Assembly (NCBI GenBank): GCA_964581495.1
Contig: CAZOOU010000001.1
Coordinates: forward strand, 1 to 62,716
DNA length: 62,716 nucleotides
DNA from: an uncultured Haloferacaceae archaeon
GTDB lineage: Archaea > Halobacteriota > Halobacteria > Halobacteriales > Haloferacaceae
Direction: 5' to 3'
Shown: positions 30,285 through 39,707 of the stretch, piece by piece
Layout of the letters: every line of letters begins with the position of its first letter
How positions within the stretch are numbered: the stretch's first letter is position 1
Position numbers and translations under genes: made by a program
Notes under the pieces: model-generated
Told to the model about the DNA's origin: nothing
The model's input: the letters and a program-made list of their open reading frames with translations, nothing else
Databases searched by the model: none

Positions 30285-31718
30285 CTAGCTGCCTCCGTCG
30301 GTAGCCGGTCGACTGGCTGTTTCGGTCTCTGTCGTTCGCGTCTGGGCTGCGATCTCGAACTCCCCGCGGCCGCCGACCGTGTACACTGTGTGGCCGACTG
30401 CTTCGGGGTCGAGCACGGCGCGTGTGTCGACTACTGCGGGATCGTCGAACCGGCTCCACTCGATGGTATCGAACGCCTCGTGGGCCGTAACGAGAACAAT
30501 ACCGTCGTAGTCGGTCTCATAGCAGGCTTCGAGCGTCGTCGACGTTGCCTCGAACTCGGCGAACGAATCGAGCATCGGGTCGACGATCTCGACGCGCGCG
30601 CCGTTGGCCGCCAGCGTTTCAGTGACGCCGATAGCCGGACTAGCGCGAGTTTCAGCGACGCCGGCCCGGTAGGTACCACCGAGCACTAGGACACGGGCAT
30701 CGCTCAGCGTCGTCGACCGCTCGGCGAGCATCGCGGTGAGCTTGCCGACGACGAAGGCGGGCATCTCGTCGTTGACCCGACGGGCGGTCCGCAACAGCGG
30801 GCTGTCGCTGTCGAACTCGCCGAACAGGAAGTACGGATAGTACGGAATACAGTGGCCGCCAACACCGGGACCGGGCCGCAGAATCTCACACTCGTCTTGG
30901 GTGTTGGCGACCGCAATCGCCTCCCGGACGTCGACCGCGAGCTCGTCGGTGTACGTCGCCAGCTCGTTGGCCAACGCGATGTTGACATCGCGGTGGACGC
31001 CCTCGAACACTTTGACTGCCTCGGCGGTCGTTGCATCCGAGGTGCGGATCACATCGTTCGAGGTCAGTTGGTCGTAGACGAGCGCGGCCGCCCGCGTGCT
31101 CTCGTCGTCGACGCCGCCGACGATCTTCGGCCACGAGCCGCGAATATCACGGATCGCGCGGCCGCTTTTGGTGCGCTCCGGACAGAAGGCGAGACCGAAC
31201 TCACCAACCGACAGCCCGCTTTCGGCCTCCAGAAGTGGGACGATCGTGTCTTCGCAGGTTCGCGGCGGGACGGTCGACTCAATGACGACCAGATCGCCCG
31301 CTGTGAGTCCCTGGGCGATGTCTTCGGCGACCGATTTGATGATCCGCAGATCCGCGGTCCCCTCGTCGGTGATCAGCGTGGGCACAATAACGACATGGAG
31401 TCGGGCGTCGGCGGCCGCAGCTGCGGGCTCGGAGACCGCCCGTAGCGAGCCGTCGGCAACTGTCTGCTCAACCAACTCGGCCAGGCCGGGTTCACCGTCG
31501 ACGTGACACTCGCCGGCGTTGACCGAGTCGACGACCGCTTGGTCGACGTCTGCGCCCGTCACGTTGCCAGTACGGTCGGCGTAGACGCCGGCCAGCGGTA
31601 GTCCCATCTTGCCGAGGCCGTAGACGGCGATCGGCACCTGCCCATCAAGCAAGGCTTCGCGCTGGTCCGGTTCGTCGAGACTGCTGCCGTAGAGACCGAA
31701 TGCTTCCTGTTGGGCCAT
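30285..31718 (-). CDS. UDP-N-acetylhexosamine 6-dehydrogenase (WbpA/WecC-like)
   Basis: YGLGKMG, IVPT, ESTVPP, CPER, AEAVK, GVGGHCIP with the catalytic Cys. Confidence 0.92.
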   Translation of the reverse strand: MAQQEAFGLYGSSLDEPDQREALLDGQVPIAVYGLGKMGLPLAGVYADRTGNVTGADVDQAVVDSVNAGECHVDGEPGLAELVEQTVADGSLRAVSEPAAAAADARLHVVIVPTLITDEGTADLRIIKSVAEDIAQGLTAGDLVVIESTVPPRTCEDTIVPLLEAESGLSVGEFGLAFCPERTKSGRAIRDIRGSWPKIVGGVDDESTRAAALVYDQLTSNDVIRTSDATTAEAVKVFEGVHRDVNIALANELATYTDELAVDVREAIAVANTQDECEILRPGPGVGGHCIPYYPYFLFGEFDSDSPLLRTARRVNDEMPAFVVGKLTAMLAERSTTLSDARVLVLGGTYRAGVAETRASPAIGVTETLAANGARVEIVDPMLDSFAEFEATSTTLEACYETDYDGIVLVTAHEAFDTIEWSRFDDPAVVDTRAVLDPEAVGHTVYTVGGRGEFEIAAQTRTTETETASRPATDGGS

Positions 31719-32296
31719 TAGATATCATTGCCCCCCTGCAGCGGCTCGGGAAGCCGACGGTGGACTGCGGGCGCACCAACTGCCAGCCTGTTCGGCGGCA
31801 CGTCCTCGGTGACAATCGCACCGGCGGCAACAAACGACCCCTTGCCGATGGCCACACCGGGAAGAATCGTCGCGTTAGCTCCGACCGAGACGCCGTCTTC
31901 GAGAATCGGCCCGATGAGGTCGACGTCCTGGCGGATCGGGTACGGATCGTTAGTTAACACCGCGTGCGGACCTAAAAAGACGTTGTCGCCAATGGTCGAC
32001 TCGCTTGGAACGTAGACACCGGTCTGCATGCTGACCCGGTCGCCGACGGTGGTTCGGCCGTCGATAACAGTGTTGGTACCGACAGTCACGTCGTCGCCGA
32101 TGGTCGTTTTCTCCCGGACGAGGATGTTGTGGCCCGTCTGAAAGCGGTCGCCGATCCGCACGTCCGGATAGATAACTGCTCCCGAACGGATCGTCGCCTC
32201 GCGGCCGACCGACGGCGGCGGTCCATCGCCACCGTCGACCAGCCGGACGTCCGGCTGGATATCGCAGTTCTCGCCGAGTTGTGGTTCGGTACTCAT
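31718..32296 (-). CDS. hexapeptide-repeat N-acetyltransferase (WbpD-like)
   Basis: left-handed beta-helix repeats, [23 protein letters not shown]. Confidence 0.88.
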   Translation of the reverse strand: MSTEPQLGENCDIQPDVRLVDGGDGPPPSVGREATIRSGAVIYPDVRIGDRFQTGHNILVREKTTIGDDVTVGTNTVIDGRTTVGDRVSMQTGVYVPSESTIGDNVFLGPHAVLTNDPYPIRQDVDLIGPILEDGVSVGANATILPGVAIGKGSFVAAGAIVTEDVPPNRLAVGAPAVHRRLPEPLQGGNDI

Positions 32297-32343
32297 GATC
32301 TTGTTGCGGGCACCGTGCCCGATATGAAATCGTCTGTATACAT
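32293..32343 (-). CDS. putative 16-aa leader ORF ([16 protein letters not shown])
   Basis: TGA overlaps ATG32296 (ATGA). Confidence 0.4.
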   Translation of the reverse strand: MYTDDFISGTVPATRS

Positions 32344-32408
32344 TGGTTCGTCCGTCACGACTGTCGCCTGTAGCCGTGGAGCTACCCTTCGGTTTCGGTG
32401 GCTGTTGC

Positions 32409-32416
32409 TTTGTTAT
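32409..32416 (-). promoter_or_regulatory. ATAACAAA motif upstream of the acetyltransferase operon
   Basis: exact TTTGTTAT. Confidence 0.62.
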
Positions 32417-32712
32417 GGGACCCTTTCTGCCGGCGTGCCCATCGGGTGGCCGGAAGGCTGTGCCTGATTTGGCTGAGACGATCTGCGCGTGGTGGGCCCA
32501 CGGTTACTGAGATCCCTCTATCTCGGGTTTGTCGTCGACTACTCCTCGTTTGTCTCTGCCTACGGCTCCTCGTGGAGACGCACATACTGCTGAGCCAGCC
32601 GGTCACAGAGAGCAGGGCGTGGTCGAGAGTTAGCTCAGAGCGTCTTTCGAGTGAGAGTATCGACCTGTCGGACTGTACGAGTCTCGGATCTCTCGACAGC
32701 ACAAAGCCGAGC

Positions 32713-32720
32713 ATAACAAA
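32713..32720 (+). promoter_or_regulatory. ATAACAAA motif, 27 nt before ATG32747
   Basis: exact copy; no canonical TATA nearby. Confidence 0.68.
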
Positions 32721-32746
32721 GCCACATCTAAGCGACACTAAATCAC

Positions 32747-34387
32747 ATGTCCGATCCGCAGACCACTGGGTTACGAACACTCGTGGTCGGAATCGATGGT
32801 GTCTGTTCGTCCGTTCTTGACCCACTGATCGACGACGGTGTCGTTCCCACTCTCGAATCCATACAGGTCGACGGTGCGGTCGCTCCGCTCAGATCACAGC
32901 TGCCGCCATGGACGCCGAGCGCGTGGCCCTCAATCTACACGGGCAAAAACCCCGGCAAACACGGGGTGTACGACTTCCTCCGGTTCGATGGCTACGACTG
33001 GGACGTCGTTAATCGGTCGACAGTCAAAGCCAGGGCCATCTGGGAGTTGCTGTCGATGCAGGGGTACGAAAGCGTCGTCGTCAACGTCCCAGTTACCCAT
33101 CCGCCGCGGGCGACCGATGCGACCGTTGTCCCCGGCTATATGGCTCCGGAATCTCCCGACTGCTATCCGCCAGGCACGTGGGACGAACTCAACGAAGAAC
33201 TCGGCGCGTATCGGCTGTACGCCGAATTGAGCTACAGTGAGGCCTCGAAATCAGAGCGTCTCGAAAGCTACAACACCCTTTCTCGCATGCGCGGAGAGGC
33301 GTTCCGGTATCTGGTGGCCGACCGCGACCCCGACTTCGGGTTCGTTCAGTTCCAACAGACTGATACGGTGTTCCACGAGTATCCGGACGACACAGACGTG
33401 ATCCGGTCGGTCTACCGGACCGTCGACGACGAAATCGGCGCGATTCTCGACGTGTGTGATCCGGACTTCCTGTTTGTCGTCAGCGATCATGGACTCGGAC
33501 CGATGGACCGTGAGGTCCGTGTCAACGAGTTTCTTCGAGACCGCGGGGTCGTCGAGACGATTGCTGGCGACGGCGGGATGCCTTCGTGGGCGAGTCTCGC
33601 AGAATCCCACCTCCAGAACGGCAACAGCACCACCTCGTCGGAGTCCGCGGAGTCGTCCTCGGCGGCCGAACGCGCCGTCGAGTTGGCAGCCAGCGTCGGT
33701 CTGACGAGCCAGCGACTCGCAGGCGTAGTCAGACGCCTCGGACTTGAAGACCAGGTTCTCAAAGTCGTCCCCTCGGACGTAGTCCGTGCGGGCTCTGAGC
33801 GTGTCGACTTTGCCAACTCGCGCGCCTATATGCGGTCTCGCACCGAGATGGGAATCAGACTCAACGTCGACGGCAGAGAGCCTAACGGCACCGTCAGCCA
33901 AGACGAGTATGAGTCGGTTCGCGACGAACTGATCGATGCCCTGCAATCGCTCCGCACGCCGACCGGCGGACCGTGTTTCGAGCAGGTGCTTCCCCGTGAG
34001 GCCGTCTTTGATGGTCCGTATGTCAAGGACGCACCGGATATCGTGATCGTCCCATCGTCGTTCGAGCAGTATCTATCGGCGTCGCTCCGCGGCGACTGGT
34101 TCGCCGAGCCATCCGAACCCTGGGAACACAAACGTGACGGGATCATCATGGCCGCCGGGCCGGGAATCGACACTGAAACCGACGTTGCAGGCCACATTTT
34201 CGATGTCGCACCCACGATCTTGGCATCGTTCGGCCTCGAAGTCGACCGGGAGATGGACGGCGATCCTCTACCCATCGTCTCGCCGACCGGCCGGCGTCGG
34301 TATCCGTCGTTCGAACCCGGCCAGACGGTGGCAACCGACGACCAAGCCGTCGAACAGCGACTCGCGGATCTGGGCTATTTGGAGTAA
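32747..34387 (+). CDS. alkaline phosphatase superfamily (nucleotide pyrophosphatase/phosphodiesterase-like) protein
   Basis: VGIDG, PPWTPSAWPSIYTGKNPGKHG, TDTVFH, VSDHG, C-terminal RLADLGYL. Confidence 0.88.
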   Translation: MSDPQTTGLRTLVVGIDGVCSSVLDPLIDDGVVPTLESIQVDGAVAPLRSQLPPWTPSAWPSIYTGKNPGKHGVYDFLRFDGYDWDVVNRSTVKARAIWELLSMQGYESVVVNVPVTHPPRATDATVVPGYMAPESPDCYPPGTWDELNEELGAYRLYAELSYSEASKSERLESYNTLSRMRGEAFRYLVADRDPDFGFVQFQQTDTVFHEYPDDTDVIRSVYRTVDDEIGAILDVCDPDFLFVVSDHGLGPMDREVRVNEFLRDRGVVETIAGDGGMPSWASLAESHLQNGNSTTSSESAESSSAAERAVELAASVGLTSQRLAGVVRRLGLEDQVLKVVPSDVVRAGSERVDFANSRAYMRSRTEMGIRLNVDGREPNGTVSQDEYESVRDELIDALQSLRTPTGGPCFEQVLPREAVFDGPYVKDAPDIVIVPSSFEQYLSASLRGDWFAEPSEPWEHKRDGIIMAAGPGIDTETDVAGHIFDVAPTILASFGLEVDREMDGDPLPIVSPTGRRRYPSFEPGQTVATDDQAVEQRLADLGYLE

Positions 34388-34388
34388 T

Positions 34389-35387
34389 ATGGCAATCGAC
34401 ATCACAACCGTCCACAACCCTGACGACTGGAACAACCTCGTCGAACAGAGCACACAAGCAACCCCGTTTCATCGGGCCGAAGCACTTGACGTGTTAGCAC
34501 AGCATACAAACAGCGTTCTCCATCCATTTGTCGGATACAAAGGCCACGAACCGGTCGGCATTTTTCCACTCTTCGAGATCACGAAAGGCCCGGTCAGCAC
34601 GGCGTTTTCGCCGCCGCCAAATCTCAAAATCAGCTATCTCGGCCCCGCGCTGTTGAACCACACCAAACAGAAACGCCGTCGACAGGAAAAAACCAACAGT
34701 CGATTCATTCGTGGCTGTCTGGCTGCACTCGAAACCCGAATCTCGCCCAGATACACGCATTTCCGGACCAGTACTCTGTACGCCGACACCAGACCACTAA
34801 TCTGGGACGGCTTCGAGCCGACGACACGCTATACGTACGTTGTCGATCTGACGCCGTCGACCGACGACCTGCTGGCGACGTTCAGCAGCGATGCCCGGAG
34901 CAATATCACTGGCACCGACGAGGCGGCATACACGCTCTCCGAGGGCGGTGAGGCCGAACTCACCAGAACGATCCACCAGCTACAGGATCGACATGCCGAA
35001 CAGGGGGTGACGTTTAGCATCACACCGCAGTTCGTGACTGATCTCTGGCGACAGCTTCCCGATGGGACGTGTCGAATCTACACCTGTCGCGTCGACGGCG
35101 AGCTGGTTGGCGGCCACATCACGCTCGAAGCCGGCGAGACGATCTACGGCTGGCAAAGCTGGGGAAGCCGAGATGCCGACGTGCCGGTCAACGATCTGTT
35201 GGACTGGGAGATTATCAGTTCGGCCCGTGGCCGGGAACTCACCCAGTATGATCTGGTCGGTGCGAACAACGAACGGATCTCGAAATACAAAGCGAAGTTC
35301 GCTCCCCAGCTTCGAACCTACCAGACTCTAGAAAATGGCACACCAGTGATGAATGTCGTGTCGGAACTGTACAAACGGCTGCAGTAA
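34389..35387 (+). CDS. FemAB-like double-GNAT acyltransferase (paralog of 27561..28565)
   Basis: TPFHRAE, SPPP..ISYLGP, YDLVGAN, YKAKF; start MAIDIT. Confidence 0.82.
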   Translation: MAIDITTVHNPDDWNNLVEQSTQATPFHRAEALDVLAQHTNSVLHPFVGYKGHEPVGIFPLFEITKGPVSTAFSPPPNLKISYLGPALLNHTKQKRRRQEKTNSRFIRGCLAALETRISPRYTHFRTSTLYADTRPLIWDGFEPTTRYTYVVDLTPSTDDLLATFSSDARSNITGTDEAAYTLSEGGEAELTRTIHQLQDRHAEQGVTFSITPQFVTDLWRQLPDGTCRIYTCRVDGELVGGHITLEAGETIYGWQSWGSRDADVPVNDLLDWEIISSARGRELTQYDLVGANNERISKYKAKFAPQLRTYQTLENGTPVMNVVSELYKRLQ

Positions 35388-35581
35388 TCTTGGCCTAACT
35401 GCAGAATTATCATATTAGTTATAGTTGTCTGACGTGCGTCTTGCGAATCAAGAGTCCGGAAAGAGGCCATCAAGCGGCTGTTCGGTCGGACCATTGATCT
35501 GCCTGCTATCTGTTCGGTTCTTCGAAACGCATAGTGGTTGGGTTTGTGATCACTTGTTGGTTTTCTTCGGTTGAGTGATGG

Positions 35582-36565
35582 TTACTCGTCGGGCTCTACT
35601 CTGGTGTTGTTCGACCAGTTGAACAGGCCGTCGACGACCATCGCAATCAGCAGGACGAACACTCCGCCGAGCGCGCTTGTCAGCGACTGGCTGGAGCTGT
35701 CTGCAGTGTCGTTGGTTCGCAGTGCAGCCGCCAGGCTCGCGACAGTGCCAACGGCTCCACCGACGTACAACACGAAAAGCGAGACGCCTTTTGGGCTGTG
35801 TCGACCCGACCAGAGTCGCCACAGAAAGGTTCGCAACAGCATGACCGAGACACGGGGAATGTAGGTCAAATAGCTGATGTGACTCTGTTCGTCGCCGTAG
35901 TTCAACGGCGACGGAACGTCTGCGACCCGTTGGCCGGAGACGTTGAGTCGAACCAACAGATCATTGCAGTAGCCATAAAACTCGTACATCGACTCGATGT
36001 CGGCCTCGTGGAGCGCGTCCAGTGAGATGGCGGTGTATCCCATCTGCGGATCGCCGACTTTCCAGTAGCCGCTGGCGATTTTTGTCAGGCCAGTAAGAAT
36101 TCGGTTGCCCACCAGCCGAAACCGTGGCATCTGTTCGTGGTCAGTCTCGTTGATTAAACGGTTGCCTTTCACGTAGTCGGCCTCGTCGTCGACGATTGGC
36201 TTGATAATACGTTCGAGTACATCCGGGTCCATCTGGCCGTCTCCACCCATTACGGCAGTCACGTCGATATCGTCGTCGCGGGCGCGCAGATAGCCGGTTT
36301 TGATTGCGCCGCCGACACCACGGTTTTCGTCGTGTTGGATCGGGACAACCCGCTGGTCGAACGCCGCACCGCCGTCAGTGGCGGCTACTGCGCTGTTGAC
36401 GGCGGTAGCAGTGTCGGTGATTTCTTGCCAAGTGTCGTCGGTCGACTGGTCGTCGATTACATAGATTCGGTCGACGAAATCGGGGATCGTTTCGATGACG
36501 TCTCCGACGAATCCGGATTCGTTGTATGCCGGCACGACAACGGCGACGGTATTGTCAGTATACAT
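35582..36565 (-). CDS. glycosyltransferase family 2
   Basis: VVPAYNE, IDDQSTD, NRGVGGA, GDGQMDP, C-terminal TMs; start MYTDN. Confidence 0.9.
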   Translation of the reverse strand: MYTDNTVAVVVPAYNESGFVGDVIETIPDFVDRIYVIDDQSTDDTWQEITDTATAVNSAVAATDGGAAFDQRVVPIQHDENRGVGGAIKTGYLRARDDDIDVTAVMGGDGQMDPDVLERIIKPIVDDEADYVKGNRLINETDHEQMPRFRLVGNRILTGLTKIASGYWKVGDPQMGYTAISLDALHEADIESMYEFYGYCNDLLVRLNVSGQRVADVPSPLNYGDEQSHISYLTYIPRVSVMLLRTFLWRLWSGRHSPKGVSLFVLYVGGAVGTVASLAAALRTNDTADSSSQSLTSALGGVFVLLIAMVVDGLFNWSNNTRVEPDE

Positions 36566-36623
36566 TGATGTATCAGGCGGACGGATGCCCCGGCCACTAC
36601 AACAGAGACGGGCGGTGTGTGGT

Positions 36624-36631
36624 TTTGTTAT
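36624..36631 (-). promoter_or_regulatory. ATAACAAA motif upstream of the GT2 gene
   Basis: exact TTTGTTAT. Confidence 0.6.
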
Positions 36632-36791
36632 GCTCTGCCTGATTGCAGACCGACTGTCCCCGAGACTGCCGTATACTGGCTCAAACACCGCCAACAGTCC
36701 ATTGTTTGCTGGTGAACCCGAGATTCAGTCTCCACCATACTCACCATGTTCTGTACACTGGTAGTAGCCAGCTACTCTCGTTTTGCGACCC

Positions 36792-36799
36792 ATAACAAA
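36792..36799 (+). promoter_or_regulatory. ATAACAAA motif, 26 nt before leader-ORF ATG36825
   Basis: exact copy. Confidence 0.65.
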
Positions 36800-36824
36800 C
36801 CGCTCGCAGTACAGTCTGACACCA

Positions 36825-36869
36825 ATGTGTCGACTCGACTATCACCACGCGAGGGGTGGGGTGCCGTGA
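36825..36869 (+). CDS. putative 14-aa leaderless ORF (MCRLDYHHARGGVP)
   Basis: starts 26 nt after the motif; TGA overlaps GTG36866 (GTGA); GAGGGGTGG inside. Confidence 0.5.
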   Translation: MCRLDYHHARGGVP

Positions 36870-38176
36870 GACGCGGCGTGTACACACTAGGTGGGCTGTG
36901 TGTGTTGGTGGTGGTCGCTCTGTTGGTCGCTCCGGCTGTCGCCGCCGACAGCACCGACACCCAAACTGATTCCGAACCAACCTACCAGATTGTCCAAGGC
37001 GAGCAGGTGATCCCGGTCGAACCAATCGACGGCGACGAGCCGGTCGAAGCGTTCTACGACTACCGTAATCCGGAAGTTGGCGACCGGGACCATCCGTACT
37101 GGGGACGGTCGTTCAGCTCTGAAGGAACAGTCGAGTATCAAGCGGACGATACGAGTATCCTCATGTTGTACGATGGTCCTGACGGCGTGAGTCTGGTGGC
37201 TGTACACGACCAGTATCACGAAGATCAAGACGATGCCACCACTGGCGGCTCGGTCAGCTGGGAGCTCAATGGACTGCCAGAAGACGGCGAGTGGGCCGTG
37301 ATCGACGACAACTACGGCTGGCTGACTGACGACGAAGAGCAAGATGACATCATCTATCTCGATGAAGACCACCGCGCGGGTGCGGCTGGAAACGATGGTG
37401 AGCCACCACATGGCGCTGACGCCATGCTGAGCTGGGTCTGGCTAACTGGCCGAACCGACGGCATGGCGTTCCGGGGAATCGGCACCGAGCCGTCGATTAC
37501 GATAGAGCCAGCGTTCAATGAGGACTCCTATCACCGCTACGGCGACCAGCGCCGAGCCGATGACCCTCCAGATAGACCGGGGATGGGCGAACGATACAAC
37601 GGAACTATCGACGACTGGCAAGTGATCGTGCCGAACGGCGACGACGACTTCGAACGAGTCTCCGTAGAGAGCCTCGACGAGCCAATCGAGGTTCGCAGTA
37701 CCGAAAGCGAACCCGACAGAGCAATTCCGGAGCTGACAGTCGAGTCAGTTACACTCGCCGAGTCGACGATCGCTCCCGACGAGCAGGCCGAAATCACTGT
37801 CGTCGTCGAAAATCGCGGCGCGGTCGACGGCTCTTACCCGGTACGGCTCAGCGTCGCTGGCACTGAGCTCCAACGCGAGACTGTCGATGTCGATGCGGGC
37901 GACCAACAGACCGTCACGTTCAGCCAACCGTTCGCGACACCCGGCGTGTATGAGCTGTCGGTCAACAGCCAGCAGGTGAGCCTGACGGTCGAAGAATCGG
38001 ACACCAACGCTGCCGATACCGAATCCGAAGTCGAAAGCCAGGCCGATACCGAGACTGACCAGACTACTGGTGAGTCGACCACCGAAAGCGAAGACGACAC
38101 ACCCGGCTTTGGCGTCGTTAGCGCAGTGGTCGGTCTGCTCGTCGCTGTGGCTGTTTTCAGGCATCGCAACGCGTGA
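36866..38176 (+). CDS. secreted CARDB-domain surface protein with PGF-CTERM anchor
   Basis: signal peptide, CARDB-like VENRGAVDG, Thr/Glu linker, TPGFGVVSAVVGLLVAVAVFRHRNA (archaeosortase A signal); GTG start inferred. Confidence 0.87.
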   Translation: MRRGVYTLGGLCVLVVVALLVAPAVAADSTDTQTDSEPTYQIVQGEQVIPVEPIDGDEPVEAFYDYRNPEVGDRDHPYWGRSFSSEGTVEYQADDTSILMLYDGPDGVSLVAVHDQYHEDQDDATTGGSVSWELNGLPEDGEWAVIDDNYGWLTDDEEQDDIIYLDEDHRAGAAGNDGEPPHGADAMLSWVWLTGRTDGMAFRGIGTEPSITIEPAFNEDSYHRYGDQRRADDPPDRPGMGERYNGTIDDWQVIVPNGDDDFERVSVESLDEPIEVRSTESEPDRAIPELTVESVTLAESTIAPDEQAEITVVVENRGAVDGSYPVRLSVAGTELQRETVDVDAGDQQTVTFSQPFATPGVYELSVNSQQVSLTVEESDTNAADTESEVESQADTETDQTTGESTTESEDDTPGFGVVSAVVGLLVAVAVFRHRNA

Positions 38177-38204
38177 TCTCAAAACGTGCCCGTGTGATGT
38201 TGGC

Positions 38205-38252
38205 TTCACTACAGTTAGCAGCTACATATTGCTGTTTCACTGCAGTTAGCAG
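38205..38252. repeat. 17-bp direct repeat (TTCACTRCAGTTAGCAG x2, 31-bp period)
   Basis: 38205-38221 and 38236-38252, one mismatch, between convergent genes. Confidence 0.7.
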
Positions 38253-38297
38253 TCGACTACCGTTGTCGAACAAATAGTCTGTGTAGCTACTGGTTGG

Positions 38298-39707
38298 CTA
38301 CTGCTGTCGATGGAGGATATCCGAGCCCCCGAGTCGGTGGACGTCTGTGTCGATATCGAGACAGGAGCCACAGCAGTCGATCACGACCGCGTCATCGAAC
38401 GCCGACCAGTCGATATCTTCGAACACCAGCCGGAACGAGAGGACGACGACCGCATCGGGATTGAGTCGATTTGCAGAGCGTATCGACACGGTGTGGGGTG
38501 TGAGACTCCGTGGGAGATCTGCGACCGGATCACAGATGAGCGGTCTGGTCTCTGCACGGGTCAGTTCTCGGATCAGCAGCGAGGTTGGCATGCTGTCTGC
38601 TGTCGAGCTGTCGGCGGTTGGCACACCCAAAATGAGGATGGTTTGGTCGTCGCTGTCGTCGGCTCGCGCATCGTCTACGGTCTCTTCGACGGCCTCTCCG
38701 AACTCGAAATCAGTTGCCTCAGGCTGTCGACCACTGGAATCGTCGTCGATAGCCGCAAGCACCGTTTCGGCGATCAGCTTCGGGAACCGCTCGGCGGCGT
38801 CGTAGACGCTATCGAGAACGGGTGTCCGCTCGACCAGCGCGTCACGAAGAAAGCCCGCCCCGATCGGTTCGTTGCCGTCGACGCCGGGGCCGGGAATCTC
38901 GATCTCGCCGCGCATCGAGATGAGTTCGGCAACTGTCGGCACCTCGATTTCCGGAGCCGACAGCGCCAGCTCGTTCGTGAGACACCGCAGCATTTCGGCG
39001 GCACTCCGTTCGACTGCTTCGACGCATTCGGCGGTACGCAGCCGTGGCGTCGTCGAGACTGTTCCGGTCGTAATCGAAGAAAACAGCTCTCTGGCGGCAG
39101 TTTGGCTCCGAGCGTCGCTCCCGGCGACGACGAGCGTCCCGTTTCGAATCGACCGCAGCGACCGGTCTGTCGGCAGGGCGCAGACTGCCAGCCCGAACGC
39201 ATCGCGGTCGAGACCACTTTCGTCGACAACTGTCGAGGCGATGACGCCGTCGGTCGTCCCCGGCGGTACTGGCGTTGCGAGTATCAGTATATCACCGGCC
39301 GAGATACCGCTTGCAATATCTCTGACCGCTGACCGGAGCCGCGAGAGATCCGGTACGTCGTCCTCGCGCAGTCCTGTTGGAACAGCGACGAGATGGATTG
39401 TCGCTTCGGCGGCGGCCGCCGGAAGTTCGGCAGTCGCTCGAAGCGAACCGCTGTCTGTCGCCTCGGTCAGATACTCCGATAGCAGCGGATCAGAGACGGG
39501 TGACTGGCCGTGTTGGATGGCAGTTACACGGCTGCTGTCGTTGTCGGCGGCCGTCACTAAGGGAGCAACGCGTGCACAGAGTACTGACAGTGCGAGCCCG
39601 CTTGGACCGAGACCGTAGACCGCAATATCGAGTGTGGCATGGTTCAGCGTTCCGTCAGCGCCAACCGCCGGTCGGTCAGACTGTCTGTCGCGCACTGTGT
39701 CGATCAT
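38298..39707 (-). CDS. degenerate nucleotide-sugar dehydrogenase homolog (likely catalytically inactive)
   Basis: collinear with 30285..31718, but GVGGHC is GVDGNE, AEAVK is AECVE and CPER is CALP; ORF intact. Confidence 0.8.
   Translation of the reverse strand: MIDTVRDRQSDRPAVGADGTLNHATLDIAVYGLGPSGLALSVLCARVAPLVTAADNDSSRVTAIQHGQSPVSDPLLSEYLTEATDSGSLRATAELPAAAAEATIHLVAVPTGLREDDVPDLSRLRSAVRDIASGISAGDILILATPVPPGTTDGVIASTVVDESGLDRDAFGLAVCALPTDRSLRSIRNGTLVVAGSDARSQTAARELFSSITTGTVSTTPRLRTAECVEAVERSAAEMLRCLTNELALSAPEIEVPTVAELISMRGEIEIPGPGVDGNEPIGAGFLRDALVERTPVLDSVYDAAERFPKLIAETVLAAIDDDSSGRQPEATDFEFGEAVEETVDDARADDSDDQTILILGVPTADSSTADSMPTSLLIRELTRAETRPLICDPVADLPRSLTPHTVSIRSANRLNPDAVVVLSFRLVFEDIDWSAFDDAVVIDCCGSCLDIDTDVHRLGGSDILHRQQ

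Noticed and set aside
38205-38252. Mini-CRISPR interpretation of the direct repeat
   Set aside because: Only two 17-bp units with a 14-bp spacer, and no cas genes.
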